Source: Candidatus Binatia bacterium
GTDB taxonomy: Bacteria; Desulfobacterota; Binatia; HRBIN30
Assembly: GCA_038245295.1 (NCBI GenBank)
Contig: JBBRSP010000033.1
Coordinates: forward strand, 1 to 64,000
DNA: 64,000 nt
Direction: 5' to 3'
The notes below the pieces were generated by a model that was not told the origin of the DNA, made no database searches, and saw only the letters and a program-made list of their open reading frames with translations. The position numbers and the translations under genes are program-made. Position 1 is the stretch's first letter. Each line of letters opens with the position of its first letter. This document shows positions 1 through 10,185 of the stretch, in pieces.

Positions 1-146
1 AGAAGAGGTTGAGAAGTTGACTGAAGATGCTGCAGAATCGGTTCATGGGTGAGTCCTCCTTCGTGGTGCGATTGATTTTGGGAAATCTCAACCGCCTCCT
101 ACGTTCGAGGCTCACCCATTCTCAAGAGCTAATTTGGACAACAGTG
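1..146 (-). mobile_element. Left end of an IS4-family (DUF4372-type) insertion sequence; transposase 5' end at 46..1 runs off the window
   Basis: Minus-strand ATG at 46 with AAGGAGG RBS gives MNRFCSIFSQLLNLF, resembling the SIFSQLL start of DUF4372/IS4 transposases; terminus CACTGTTGTCCAAATT (146..131) resembles ends of that group. Only 15 codons visible. Confidence 0.7.
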
Positions 147-158
147 ATCCATGATGTA

Positions 159-599
159 CTACTCGGTCAACTTCCCCCAGGTATGCCAATGAGTGATGTG
201 TATCCGGATCATCGGATAGTCGCCGATCGTCAATCGCATCGCCCCATATTGCGGGTATCGTTGTCTCAACTCAGCCAGGACTAGGCCATGCTCATCGACG
301 GCGGAAACCCGCTCGGCCAGTCCTTCGAGCTGAACGAAACCCAGTTGCGTCCAGTCGTCTTCGTAGCGGTCCACTACCACTGCACACCGCGGATTCGCGG
401 CGACGTTGCGCAGTCGCCTCAGGGTAGTCGGTGACGGCTTGGGCTTTGCATCGATCGTGAAATATACTTGAGCATCGATCACGACATAACAGACAGGCAC
501 CACATGCGGCGCTCCTGCCGCATCGGCCGTGGCCAAACGCGCGACGCGCTGTCGCGCCAAGAACTCACGAACCGTTCGCGTCAGCGGAGGTGGGCGCAT
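159..599 (-). CDS. PPOX-class F420-dependent oxidoreductase (Rv0121-like)
   Basis: RVARLATADAAGAPHVVPVCY, IDAKPK, LRRLRNVAANP, VDRYEDDWTQL motifs. Confidence 0.85.
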   Translation of the reverse strand: MRPPPLTRTVREFLARQRVARLATADAAGAPHVVPVCYVVIDAQVYFTIDAKPKPSPTTLRRLRNVAANPRCAVVVDRYEDDWTQLGFVQLEGLAERVSAVDEHGLVLAELRQRYPQYGAMRLTIGDYPMIRIHITHWHTWGKLTE

Positions 600-1662
600 C
601 GCTTATTTCCTCGAAAGAATCTTGCGCTTCGGCGTACAGCTCAGCTCCGCGATTGCTGTAGCGCGAAGAGAAGTGGAAGACGACCAGCTGATTCGCACCG
701 ACCGCCTGCGCCAACTTCCCGGCCTGGCGCGCCGTGAGGTGGAAGCGCTTGGTTGCCTCGTCGCGATCTGCATCGAGGAAGGACGCCTCGCAAAACAAGA
801 CGTCGAGGCCTGACGCGATCGTCTGGAGCCGTTCGACGTTGCCGGGATGAAACGCGACATCGACCACATACCCCAGTCGTGTTCCTGGCGTCATCTCAAG
901 GAGACGCCTGCGTAGCTCCCCAATTGTCCAGCTGGCGCTCACGCCTCCGACTGTCGTGACCACCGGGAGTTCGAACGGTTTGCTGTCCGCAGCGCCGGCG
1001 CCAATCGCCTCCTTCAGCTTCCCCAACCAAGCCCCCGGCGCGACGCCAAACGTCGCGAGTGCGTCCTTCTTGACTCTGAGTCGTGGCAGCTCTTCGAGAA
1101 CGTAGGCCAAGCACGGAATACGATGGTCGAGATGCGCCGCTCGAACCTCGAACACTCCGTCGTTGTGAACCACCCCGTGGAAACTCGACGTGAATTCACT
1201 CTGCGGCGCAAAGGCAGCGGCCGCCGGGAGCGCCACCCGACGGACGCCGTCGAAGCCGAGTTCATGAACCTCAATCGTAAAATCGTACCCGTCGACGAGA
1301 TTCCACGTATATGCGGCCAGCTTGCCGCGTACGTTGGAAATGATCCCGGGCGGACCAAAGACCTTCAGAGATGTATTGCGGGCGAGTAGGAGTCGAAGGA
1401 TTCGATCGAAGCCGATGAAATGATCGACGTGTGTATGGGATATGAAGAGGTGTGTGACACGACTCAGATTGGCGGATGGAAGTCGCTCGAGACTGCCGGC
1501 GTCGAAGAGGAATGCTTGGCCCGCCCACTTCAGCCCGACGTAGAGCCCCGGATCGCCAAATGGGCCGTTGACCAGGCGCGGCTCGAGCCCGCAAGTGTCC
1601 GGCAGCCGGGGAGCATCGGGGCCTCCATGCCGAGGCCCGCCGCTCCCCTTAGCGTCCGGCAT
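565..1662 (-). CDS. Ribonuclease Z-like metallo-beta-lactamase fold hydrolase
   Basis: LVNGPFGDPGLY, SHTHVDHFIG (HxHxDH), HLTARQAG, FHFSSRY. Confidence 0.85.
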   Translation of the reverse strand: MPDAKGSGGPRHGGPDAPRLPDTCGLEPRLVNGPFGDPGLYVGLKWAGQAFLFDAGSLERLPSANLSRVTHLFISHTHVDHFIGFDRILRLLLARNTSLKVFGPPGIISNVRGKLAAYTWNLVDGYDFTIEVHELGFDGVRRVALPAAAAFAPQSEFTSSFHGVVHNDGVFEVRAAHLDHRIPCLAYVLEELPRLRVKKDALATFGVAPGAWLGKLKEAIGAGAADSKPFELPVVTTVGGVSASWTIGELRRRLLEMTPGTRLGYVVDVAFHPGNVERLQTIASGLDVLFCEASFLDADRDEATKRFHLTARQAGKLAQAVGANQLVVFHFSSRYSNRGAELYAEAQDSFEEISDAPTSADANGS

Positions 1663-1903
1663 TGATCTCCTGCAGCATGATCGCCGCGGCCTCAGTCATC
1701 ATCTCCTGAAGAATCTCGCGCATGGCTTTTTCTGGAGACTCCAACTTGCCGACGAGTGCCGAAAGAACGGAGAAGTAACGTTCCTTCTGGTCGAGCGGCA
1801 TCAGCGGAACGCGCGCTGCCATGGCGTGGACCAGCCGTTCGTGGGTGATAGCAATGTCGCTGTCCAGGGCTTTCGAGATTTCTTCTTCAGACATCTTGGG
1901 CAT
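1649..1903 (-). CDS. Small helical hypothetical protein (84 aa)
   Basis: GAGG-type RBS, protein-like composition, overlaps start of downstream gene. Confidence 0.65.
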   Translation of the reverse strand: MPKMSEEEISKALDSDIAITHERLVHAMAARVPLMPLDQKERYFSVLSALVGKLESPEKAMREILQEMMTEAAAIMLQEINAGR

Positions 1904-1985
1904 CCTCTCGTCGCTGAGCCGGGCTGCTTAGATTGTGCACCTCGCGGATTCAAGGTAAGCGCCGGCGCGGAACTAAAGGGAATCG

Positions 1986-3557
1986 ATGCGCACTCGCCAC
2001 CTGCCGCGTCTGGTCCTTGGCCTCGCCTATTTGCTCTTCCGGGCAAGTTCCGGCACGGCGGCACGGCTAAATGCCGGAGACACGCCTGTCGATCTCGACG
2101 TCCAAGCCAGCGCTCGCGAGGTCATTGAAGAGAATCGCTCGACGACCCATGAACGAACCGAGTTTGTGGGTCGGATCTCCCTCGCCGTGCCAGTGCTGCC
2201 CGACTTGCTTAGCTTCGAGTCGGTTACGGTAGGGCGCGTCGGCGGGCCAACGATCAAAGCGCAACGCTCCGGTGTGGCTCCGTGGTTCGACGTCTTCCAA
2301 GATATTTCCCCCGTCATCGACTTCGAGGAGTTTTCCCTGTCGTCCCACTTCGGTCCCGTCGACCTGCGCATCGGAAAACAGCGCGTCCTGTGGGGTAAAC
2401 TCGACCGCGCCTCGCCCAATGATCTGCTCAATCCCCTGAGTAGCCTGGATCCCTTTCTGCTCGACGAAGTAGATCGAAAGATTGGAATCCCAGCGCTCGC
2501 CTCGACATATCATCTGCCCGCCGGCGAGCTGCTCAACGAAAGTCGGGTTAGTCTCGTGTGGGCGCCGTGGTTCCTCCCATACCGTCTCCCAACCGCCGAG
2601 TGCGCGGTTTCGGGGCCGGGCGTTCGCTGCGATGCCGAGCGTTGGTTCCCGCCCGCAGCGCTTCCACCCCCGACCTTCCACATCCCCGGCGGCGTGCTGC
2701 CAACCGGTACGGCGGATCAGGGCTTTGACGTGCCTCTCGCCACGACGACAACCAATGGTACGGTTCCTGCGCGGACGCTGGCATCGTCTAGCGTTGGTGC
2801 TCGTTACGCGGCGGTGGTTCGTGACGTCGATGTCAGTACGTACTACTTCCACGGTTTCGATCCGCAGCCAGCGTTTCGCCTCACCGCGCAAGCGGTTGGC
2901 AGCCCGGCTTCCGACCCGCGCAGTCCGCTGCCCGTGTCCAATCTGCACGGCGAAACGACCATCCAACCGGAGTTTGCCCGGATTCATGCTTGGGGTGCGG
3001 ATGCGGGTACGAGTTTTGGAAAGTTCACCGTCCGGACCGAGGCCGCCTACGTGCGTGGCCGCCCATTTTCAAAGGATATCCGGTCTCTCACGAGCGGCTC
3101 AGATTCCCTGACACCTGAGTTGATCAAGGCGCTGGGCCAACTCGCACGCGGTGCCGGACGAGTCGATGTCGCGATCCCCGACTCTTTCGTGATCCACGAC
3201 TCGATCGAGTGGGGCGCCGGTACGGATTACTTGATCGACGATGGTGTCGTTACGATCGAGCTGCGCCAGACCGACGTTCTGCGCAACCACAGTAACCTCC
3301 TCATCCATGATGTCGAGACTCGTGGAACCGTCAGTGTCAGGCGGTCGTTTCTAAATGATAGAATTCAGGCACAGTTTGTTGCATCGCACGGGATCGAAAG
3401 TGACTACTCCCTCTTGCGCCCGCGCCTTCTGTATCGCTTCAATGATCATGTGGCGGTCGAAGTCGGATACCTGTTCTTCGCGGGAAGGAGCAGTTCCGTC
3501 GTCGGGCAGTTCAAGCGCAACGATGAGGGCTGGCTCAGGGTAGAGGTGGACCTGTGA
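1986..3557 (+). CDS. Outer-membrane beta-barrel protein (DUF1302-like)
   Basis: Signal-like N-terminus; DLRIGKQRVLWGKLDRASPNDLLNP motif; C-terminal GQFKRNDEGWLRVEVDL strand. Confidence 0.7.
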   Translation: MRTRHLPRLVLGLAYLLFRASSGTAARLNAGDTPVDLDVQASAREVIEENRSTTHERTEFVGRISLAVPVLPDLLSFESVTVGRVGGPTIKAQRSGVAPWFDVFQDISPVIDFEEFSLSSHFGPVDLRIGKQRVLWGKLDRASPNDLLNPLSSLDPFLLDEVDRKIGIPALASTYHLPAGELLNESRVSLVWAPWFLPYRLPTAECAVSGPGVRCDAERWFPPAALPPPTFHIPGGVLPTGTADQGFDVPLATTTTNGTVPARTLASSSVGARYAAVVRDVDVSTYYFHGFDPQPAFRLTAQAVGSPASDPRSPLPVSNLHGETTIQPEFARIHAWGADAGTSFGKFTVRTEAAYVRGRPFSKDIRSLTSGSDSLTPELIKALGQLARGAGRVDVAIPDSFVIHDSIEWGAGTDYLIDDGVVTIELRQTDVLRNHSNLLIHDVETRGTVSVRRSFLNDRIQAQFVASHGIESDYSLLRPRLLYRFNDHVAVEVGYLFFAGRSSSVVGQFKRNDEGWLRVEVDL

Positions 3558-4516
3558 AGATTCGCTGGGTCGTGGGAACGTTGATTGCGATGTGTCTCTG
3601 TAGCTCGGCCCCAGCAAGTGCGGGTACCCTGGCGCTATCGTTGGATAGGTTGCTTGCCGATGCCAACTGTGATGCCGTCGCCTCTGCCGCGGATTGGACC
3701 GCGTCTATCATCGTCTCTCAACGACCCGCCGAGTATCCCCTATGCCGTAACGCCGATCTTTTTCGCGGCCGCGCCCTCGATGCCCGTGATCTGCAGCTGT
3801 TGGCCAACGACTTATTCGCCTCCTTTGCCCCGGCCTGGACACCGACAACGACTCCGACAGGTGGGACACCGGCAACCGCGACGACGACGCCCACGACCAC
3901 CGTCACACCAACACGAAGCCCGATCACGAGCCGTTCGCCAACAACGACGAGATCGGTAACCCCAACGGCCTCGGCGACGGTAACGTCGACCCAAACGCCG
4001 ACGCCAACTCCGACGGCGACATCCACCTCGACACCGTTCCCAACCAGAACCGCTACGGCAACCCTCAGTCGCACCCCCACACTGACTCGTACCGCGACGG
4101 CCACACCAACGCCCTCTGGGTTGGCTTACCTCCTCTCCGGCGTCTGGGTAGGGAACTGGACCGGCCAGTTTTGCTTTCTCGACGGCCAGCAGTTCCAGCG
4201 ATTGCTCCCGACGACCTATCGCGTGACCGCCATTGATAATCTCGTTGATATCGAGATCGTCGGCGGGGCACGCCTGGTGCGCGGAGCCTCTGTCTCGGCC
4301 GACGGAACAGTCACCTTCCAGTACAAGACCGGCGGGCTTTTCTGCCAGATTACGGGGGTCCAGCAACAGTACGTCTTCGACTACACGTTCCAGTTCCATG
4401 TGAATGGCACTGGCTCCGCGAGTGCGCACTGGACCTACGGCTTCAATACGAATTGCGCGGTATGCGCTGTCGACGACACCGCGACGCTCCATCGAACGAG
4501 CGGCCCTGGCACTTGA
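3554..4516 (+). CDS. Secreted protein: degenerate dockerin/EF-hand-like N-domain, Pro/Thr linker, C-terminal beta domain
   Basis: GTGA overlap with upstream gene; signal peptide; ADANCD...ADW and CRNAD...ARDL; ~95-aa PT tract. Confidence 0.75.
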   Translation: MKIRWVVGTLIAMCLCSSAPASAGTLALSLDRLLADANCDAVASAADWTASIIVSQRPAEYPLCRNADLFRGRALDARDLQLLANDLFASFAPAWTPTTTPTGGTPATATTTPTTTVTPTRSPITSRSPTTTRSVTPTASATVTSTQTPTPTPTATSTSTPFPTRTATATLSRTPTLTRTATATPTPSGLAYLLSGVWVGNWTGQFCFLDGQQFQRLLPTTYRVTAIDNLVDIEIVGGARLVRGASVSADGTVTFQYKTGGLFCQITGVQQQYVFDYTFQFHVNGTGSASAHWTYGFNTNCAVCAVDDTATLHRTSGPGT

Positions 4517-4592
4517 GCCTCTCGGCGCATGACGAGCCGGCGCCGCAACTAGAGTTGCAATCGTTCGTGCTTGATTTTACAGACTCGCTGCC

Positions 4593-5822
4593 ATGGCACG
4601 CGTCAACGACAACTATCTCAAGCTAAAAGCTGGCTACTTGTTTCCGGAAATCGGCCGTCGTGTGTCCGACTTCTGCAAGGCGAACCCCGCGGCGAAGGTC
4701 ATCCGCCTGGGTATCGGTGATGTGACCGAGCCGCTGCCAGCCTCGGTGCGTCAAGCGATGCACGCTGCCGTCGATGACATGGGTGCGCGCAGTACCTTTC
4801 GCGGGTACGGTCCGGAGCAAGGCTATGACTTTTTGCGCGAGGCCATCGCCGAGCATGACTACCGCAGCCGCGGAGCTCGGGTCGAAGCGGACGAGATCTT
4901 CATCTCCGACGGCTCCAAATGCGACACGGGCAACATCCTCGATATCTTCGGGGCGGATAACTCGGTTGCTGTGACCGACCCTGTCTATCCCGTCTACGTC
5001 GACACCAACGTGATGGCCGGCCACACGGGTAACGCCGACGAGCATGGTCGCTACCCGGGCCTGCACTATATTCCCGTCACTGCCGAGAACGACTTCGTCG
5101 CCGAAATCCCAACCGGCAAGGTCGACCTCATCTATCTCTGTTACCCAAACAATCCGACCGGTACGGTAGCGTCGCGAGCGACTCTGACACGCTGGGTTGA
5201 GTATGCCCGCCAAAACGACGCCATCATCTTCTTTGACGCCGCCTACGAGGCCTACATCACCGATCCGCAGATCCCGCATTCGATTTACGAGATCGACGGG
5301 GCTCGTGAAGTGGCGATCGAGTTCCGCAGCTTCAGCAAGACCGCCGGCTTCACCGGAACACGCTGCGCCTTCACAGTTGTTCCGAAAGATCTAATGGGCA
5401 CGACGGCCGACGGTACACGACAGGCCATCCATCCGTTGTGGAATCGTCGTCAAACCACGAAGTTCAACGGCGTGTCCTACATCGTCCAGCGCGGCGCGGC
5501 GGCGGTCTACTCCCCCGAAGGACAGAAGGAAGTACGTGAGCTGATCGCCTTCTATCTCACCAACGCTCGCTTGCTGCGTGAAGGGTTGGCCCAGGTCGGC
5601 ATCCAGGTGTTCGGCGGTGTCAACGCACCCTACGTCTGGCTGAAGACGCCGAAGGGCGCGCCGAGTTGGGATTTCTTCGATCTTCTCCTTCAACGCGCCA
5701 ATCTCGTGGGCACGCCGGGAAGTGGCTTCGGGGCGAGTGGGGAAGGTTACTTTCGCCTCAGCGCCTTCAATAGCCGCGACAACATTGTCGAAGCGGTCGA
5801 ACGCTTCCGCCAGATGGCGTGA
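4593..5822 (+). CDS. dapL: LL-diaminopimelate aminotransferase
   Basis: [45 protein letters not shown] lysine motif. Confidence 0.97.
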   Translation: MARVNDNYLKLKAGYLFPEIGRRVSDFCKANPAAKVIRLGIGDVTEPLPASVRQAMHAAVDDMGARSTFRGYGPEQGYDFLREAIAEHDYRSRGARVEADEIFISDGSKCDTGNILDIFGADNSVAVTDPVYPVYVDTNVMAGHTGNADEHGRYPGLHYIPVTAENDFVAEIPTGKVDLIYLCYPNNPTGTVASRATLTRWVEYARQNDAIIFFDAAYEAYITDPQIPHSIYEIDGAREVAIEFRSFSKTAGFTGTRCAFTVVPKDLMGTTADGTRQAIHPLWNRRQTTKFNGVSYIVQRGAAAVYSPEGQKEVRELIAFYLTNARLLREGLAQVGIQVFGGVNAPYVWLKTPKGAPSWDFFDLLLQRANLVGTPGSGFGASGEGYFRLSAFNSRDNIVEAVERFRQMA

Positions 5823-5845
5823 AGCGCAACCCGCCAGCATCGTTA

Positions 5846-6820
5846 CTAGAACCGATCGGCGAGCCAGTATACGGAATCTTCCGCCGGCAGCAGCCGGCGG
5901 AAGAAGTCCTCGTGTTGCACCTCAGCGACGGTCACGCCCAGCTTGCGCGCGACCTGCTCCGGCGAGATTACCCGCCACATCCAAAAAACGTCCTCGACCA
6001 CGCGTGTCGATACCCCAAGTGCTTCGAGGTCGCTGCATACCGCGGGCTCGATTCCCAGATGGGTTAGTGTCCCAGGGAGGGCCGCCGCGGGGCCCGTGTG
6101 CATCGCGACGATCAATTGCGTCAGGGCGGCCCGATGCCCCGGCAAGTAGCCGTGCTCGATGATGACGAAGAAATCGTAGAGCGTCGTCCCGCGAGCATAT
6201 GCCGCAAGCTCGCCATCCCGACGCGCGACCAGAAAGTGTTCGTCGGGATTGCCTGCATACCGCAGTTGCCCATTCCAATAGTCCTGATCACGCACGACCG
6301 GTCCACGGCGCCCACGGTTGTAGGACTCATAGACGTCACGAACGGCCCCGAGATCCTCAGGTGCAAACGCCGTGATGTCGTACCCGGCTTCCAGGGTGGC
6401 CGTCGATGGCGGTAGATAGACCAGATGCCGCAGTGTGCTCTCCCAACCAAAGCTGCTGTAGAATTTCAGACGCACGGCGAACAGCAGCGATAGATCGAAC
6501 CCCTGATCCTCCATCGTCTGGATGCCCAATCCGAGCAGCTGCGAGGCGAGGTGCCGCTCGCGATACGACGCGGTTGTAAAGACGTTGCCGATTCCGCCGA
6601 CTTCGAGAACAACATCGTTGAAGCGCACCGGTTTGCGGAAGATCTGCAAGGTGCTGACGATACGACCCTGGTCGACCGCGACGAAGCACCGATCATCGCG
6701 GAACTCGGCGTCGTGCTCAAAGTAGCGCGCAAAAAAGGCGCGGTCGTTGAGCCACTCTTTGAGAAGATCGAGTACCGCATCACGTTCGTGGCGTTGGATG
6801 GTTCGAAGTTCAATGCTCAT
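5846..6820 (-). CDS. GNAT (Eis-like) acetyltransferase
   Basis: GGIGNVFTTASYRERHLASQLL, DLSLLFA, FYSSFGW; ATG 6820 preferred. Confidence 0.8.
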   Translation of the reverse strand: MSIELRTIQRHERDAVLDLLKEWLNDRAFFARYFEHDAEFRDDRCFVAVDQGRIVSTLQIFRKPVRFNDVVLEVGGIGNVFTTASYRERHLASQLLGLGIQTMEDQGFDLSLLFAVRLKFYSSFGWESTLRHLVYLPPSTATLEAGYDITAFAPEDLGAVRDVYESYNRGRRGPVVRDQDYWNGQLRYAGNPDEHFLVARRDGELAAYARGTTLYDFFVIIEHGYLPGHRAALTQLIVAMHTGPAAALPGTLTHLGIEPAVCSDLEALGVSTRVVEDVFWMWRVISPEQVARKLGVTVAEVQHEDFFRRLLPAEDSVYWLADRF

Positions 6821-6902
6821 GGTTGCTGGCTTCCCTACCTTGATGCTCCCACTCTGCGGACCCACGCCGGCAATCTTCTTGGCCTGACACGGTCATCGCT
6901 GG

Positions 6903-6958
6903 TTGACATCACTCGTTCCGATCTTAGTCTCGCAGAAGACTTCCGGCGCCGGCAAGTC
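6903..6958 (+). promoter_or_regulatory. sigma70-like promoter and palindrome upstream of the Hsp20 pair
   Basis: TTGACA (6903)-N16-TAGTCT; inverted repeat GACTTCCGGCGCCGGCAAGTC at 6938-6958. Confidence 0.45.
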
Positions 6959-6981
6959 GATCACACAAGGAGGAAAGTGCA

Positions 6982-7428
6982 ATGACGCTGTTCCGCTTTT
7001 CCCGCGGGCTTGACCCCATGGATCGTCTTCTGAGCCTCCAACGCGAGCTCGATAGGGCCTTTCAAAACCCGCATGGGCTGACTCAAGGCCTCTCTGGACG
7101 CGGTGCGTACCCGCCAGTGAATGTCTTCTGGGACAAAGATTCCGCCGTCGTGCGCCTTGAGGTACCTGGCATCGCTGCCGATGCTCTGAGCATTGAAACC
7201 CATGGCCGCACTCTCACGATTGGCGGCAAACGCGACGTGACCGTTCCCGATGGGGCGAGCTTCCATCGTCGCGAGCGCGGCGCTGGGGAGTTCAAACGGT
7301 CGATCCAGCTAAGTGAAGATCTCGATACCAGCCGCGCCGACGCTTCCTACAGGCAGGGCATTCTCACCGTCCGCATCCCGAAGAAGGAAGAAGCCAAGCC
7401 GCGCCAAATCCAGGTGCATGCCGCATAG
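6982..7428 (+). CDS. Hsp20/alpha-crystallin small heat-shock protein
   Basis: YPPVNV, FHRRERGAGEFKRSI, ASYRQGILTVRIPK; AGGAGG RBS. Confidence 0.95.
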   Translation: MTLFRFSRGLDPMDRLLSLQRELDRAFQNPHGLTQGLSGRGAYPPVNVFWDKDSAVVRLEVPGIAADALSIETHGRTLTIGGKRDVTVPDGASFHRRERGAGEFKRSIQLSEDLDTSRADASYRQGILTVRIPKKEEAKPRQIQVHAA

Positions 7429-7463
7429 CTCGACTCGAAGAATTGGATTCGGAGGAAACAATC

Positions 7464-7862
7464 ATGAATGTGCAAGAAGCGAACGTTGCGGCCAAACAAG
7501 AGGCCAAGGGGCCTGAGGCAACGCGCCCCGGCCGTACCTTCGTGCCCGACATCGATGTCTGCGAGACCGCCGATAGCATCCTGATGTGGGCGGACCTCCC
7601 GGGCGTCGACGACAAGGGCGTCGAAATCAGCCTTGCCGATGGCGTGCTGTCGATCCAGGGCAATGTATCCGTGGGCGAATACGAGAATCTGACGCCTGCG
7701 TACACCGAGTACAACATCGGCAATTTCGTCCGACGCTTCAGCGTCTCGGCCGACATCGATGCCGAGCATATCGAAGCGAAGCTGAACAACGGCGTGTTGG
7801 AGCTCAAGTTACCCAAACGCGAGCGCGCCAAAGCTCGCCGCATTCCGATCGTCAGTGCTTGA
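7464..7862 (+). CDS. Hsp20/alpha-crystallin small heat-shock protein
   Basis: PDIDVCET, ADLPGV, AKLNNGVLELKLPK; GGAGG RBS before ATG 7464. Confidence 0.95.
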   Translation: MNVQEANVAAKQEAKGPEATRPGRTFVPDIDVCETADSILMWADLPGVDDKGVEISLADGVLSIQGNVSVGEYENLTPAYTEYNIGNFVRRFSVSADIDAEHIEAKLNNGVLELKLPKRERAKARRIPIVSA

Positions 7863-7981
7863 AATGGCAGCCTCGACGAGCTCGCGGGTGGGTTTTGGTG
7901 GCGAACATCACTGTCGCTGCCGGTCCACCTGCGAGACGCTGCCACTTGGATGTCGGCTCGATTCTGCAAATTAAACCGGCC

Positions 7982-8569
7982 GTGCCTGATCACACCGCCA
8001 CACCGCGCGCGAATCGCGAATTCTTTTCACTCCCCGCCCCCGATCTGGCGGTCCGCCTGTTGGGTTGTACGATCGTGCGGCAACAAGCCTCGGCCATCCA
8101 TCGGGCCCGTATCGTTGAGGTCGAAGCCTATACCGATGATGCCGCTTCGCACGCGGCGGCGCGCAAGCGGACGCCGCGTAACCGCTTGGTGTTTGGTCCT
8201 CCCGGCTTCGCGTACATCTATCTCTCCTACGGCGTTCATCACTGCTTGAACGTTGTGGGGGAGACCGACGGCGTGCCCGGCGCTGTGCTGATTCGTGGTT
8301 TGGATGGCATCGATCGGGCCGCCGGTCCCGGTCTCGCCTGCCGCGCCCTTGGGTTGTCGTTGGACGACAATGGGCGCGACCTGGTGGTCGATCAAACGCT
8401 GTGGATCGAGCCCCCGACCGCCTTTGACGCCGACCACAAGATCATCACCACAACGCGAATCGGCATCAGCAAGGCAAAGGAACTGCCCTGGCGCTTCTAC
8501 CTATCGGGTAGCACGGGCGTTTCGAAGCGTGATCGAGCCGCCGAGCATCTAGCGCGCGGGCCTCGTTGA
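7982..8569 (+). CDS. mpg: DNA-3-methyladenine glycosylase (Aag/MPG family)
   Basis: RIVEVEAY, AYIYLSYGVHHCLNVV, GAVLIR, RIGISKA..PWRF; start uncertain (GTG 7982). Confidence 0.9.
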   Translation: MPDHTATPRANREFFSLPAPDLAVRLLGCTIVRQQASAIHRARIVEVEAYTDDAASHAAARKRTPRNRLVFGPPGFAYIYLSYGVHHCLNVVGETDGVPGAVLIRGLDGIDRAAGPGLACRALGLSLDDNGRDLVVDQTLWIEPPTAFDADHKIITTTRIGISKAKELPWRFYLSGSTGVSKRDRAAEHLARGPR

Positions 8570-8627
8570 TTGCGGAATCTCGGCCTTGACGCAGCGTGGG
8601 CCGACCGCGATCATCGGTTGCCTGTCT

Positions 8628-9272
8628 ATGGCCAACCAATCCCCTGAGGCTACCAACGCCACCGCTCAATCGGTCGACGGCAAATCGAAGGCTCGCCAAA
8701 ACATCGAGTCGATTCTCGTTGCCGTCCTGATCGCCCTGGCGATTCGCTCCACACTCGTCGAGGCATTCTGGGTGCCATCCGGCTCGATGCTGCCGACGAT
8801 CCAGATCGGTGACTATCTCTTCGTCAACAAGGTGGCGTACGCCCTCCATGTCGATGTCCCGTTGGTCAATAAGACCTTCCACTTCGCCAGGTGGCGTGGC
8901 CCGTCGCGCGGTGACATCGCCGTCTTCGTTTCCCCGAAGGATCGCAATCTCGATCTCATCAAGCGCATCGTTGCCGTCGCCGGCGATACGGTCGAGGTGC
9001 GCAAGAAGAAGCTCTACATCAACAACGAAGCCGTTCCCGATCTCGACGCGCACTACAACAAACCTTACGAGACCGATCTGCAACCGCGCGATAACTTCGG
9101 CCCGGTCACGGTTCCCGAGGGCAAGTTCTTCGCCATGGGCGACAATCGCGACGATAGCAACGACAGTCGTTATTGGGGCTTTGCCAATGAGACCGACATC
9201 AAGGGCAAGGCGATGTTCATCTATTGGTCAGGCCTCGGGCGCGTCAATCGCATGGGGCATTGGTTGAACTAG
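8628..9272 (+). CDS. lepB: Signal peptidase I
   Basis: PSGSMLPT, IKRIVAVAGD, GDNRDDSNDSRYWG. Confidence 0.95.
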   Translation: MANQSPEATNATAQSVDGKSKARQNIESILVAVLIALAIRSTLVEAFWVPSGSMLPTIQIGDYLFVNKVAYALHVDVPLVNKTFHFARWRGPSRGDIAVFVSPKDRNLDLIKRIVAVAGDTVEVRKKKLYINNEAVPDLDAHYNKPYETDLQPRDNFGPVTVPEGKFFAMGDNRDDSNDSRYWGFANETDIKGKAMFIYWSGLGRVNRMGHWLN

Positions 9273-9300
9273 CGCCGGCTGCCGCTCAGAAGACGGCTCT

Positions 9301-10173
9301 GTGAAAACAAAAACTCCGGCGAATCCCGCCGACCGGGTCCTGCGGGTACGTCTGCGCGAGCCCCTACGCTTCCCTGATCTGAGCGAACGCCTGGCGATCA
9401 AGGTCTCCGGCATTCCCAACTATACGGCGCGGGCCCACTTCGGCATGTGGCATCGCAAGCTCGGTGCGCCAAACTTCAACACCTTCACCGGCGTCTTCAC
9501 GCCTCTCTACTACGTCGAGATTGAAGCCACCGATGTGCCCATCGATCCGCTGCAGCCGATTTGGGTACGCGGCCAGACCGGCCTGGCGCGTGTCGTGGAT
9601 GCCCAGGGCAACATTGAACACCTGATCCGCGACGGCCACCACGTCGTTCTCGCCGGTGACGGCAAGACCGAGATCGGCCGCGCTCATCTGCTCAACGTCC
9701 TGACCCGTTACGATACCGACCCCGCAAAACGTAAGGTGACGTCGTTGCCTCCCGAGTGGGGCGTCGGTGAGGCCCCCTCCCGCATCGAGACGATGCCCAA
9801 GCTGGAAGATCTGCTGCCTAGCGATCGCTTGCCGGATGCCACGGAGCAGGGCGAGCGTCGTTGGCACTACGGACAGACCGATCCGAACCGCCACGTCAGC
9901 GGCATGGAATATGTGCGGGTGATGGAATCGTTTGCCGCCGAGCTGGCGGCCGATCGGGGTATCACGGTGAAGGACTACTTCTTCGCCGGCGTGAAAATTC
10001 TCTACCGCAAGCCCTGTTTCTCGGGCGAAGGTTACCGGCGTGTCGCCTGGCTCAAGCAAAATGATCCGCTGATCATCGCCGGCGCGATCTACAAGACGGC
10101 CGATGGTCCCAACGCCCGCCCGGCTACCGCCATCGAGTTTCGACTCAAACCGTTCGCCCAACCAACGCCGTAA
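9301..10173 (+). CDS. Hypothetical protein, probable hotdog/acyl-thioesterase-like fold
   Basis: QTDPNRHVSGMEY resembles the D-x-N-x-H-V thioesterase motif; ILYRKPCFSGE. Confidence 0.55.
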   Translation: MKTKTPANPADRVLRVRLREPLRFPDLSERLAIKVSGIPNYTARAHFGMWHRKLGAPNFNTFTGVFTPLYYVEIEATDVPIDPLQPIWVRGQTGLARVVDAQGNIEHLIRDGHHVVLAGDGKTEIGRAHLLNVLTRYDTDPAKRKVTSLPPEWGVGEAPSRIETMPKLEDLLPSDRLPDATEQGERRWHYGQTDPNRHVSGMEYVRVMESFAAELAADRGITVKDYFFAGVKILYRKPCFSGEGYRRVAWLKQNDPLIIAGAIYKTADGPNARPATAIEFRLKPFAQPTP

Positions 10174-10185
10174 GCGGCGCGGTGT

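Noticed and set aside
7586..7981. 5' extension of the 327-aa ORF
   Set aside because: Overlaps the second Hsp20 gene; MPG similarity begins near 7982.
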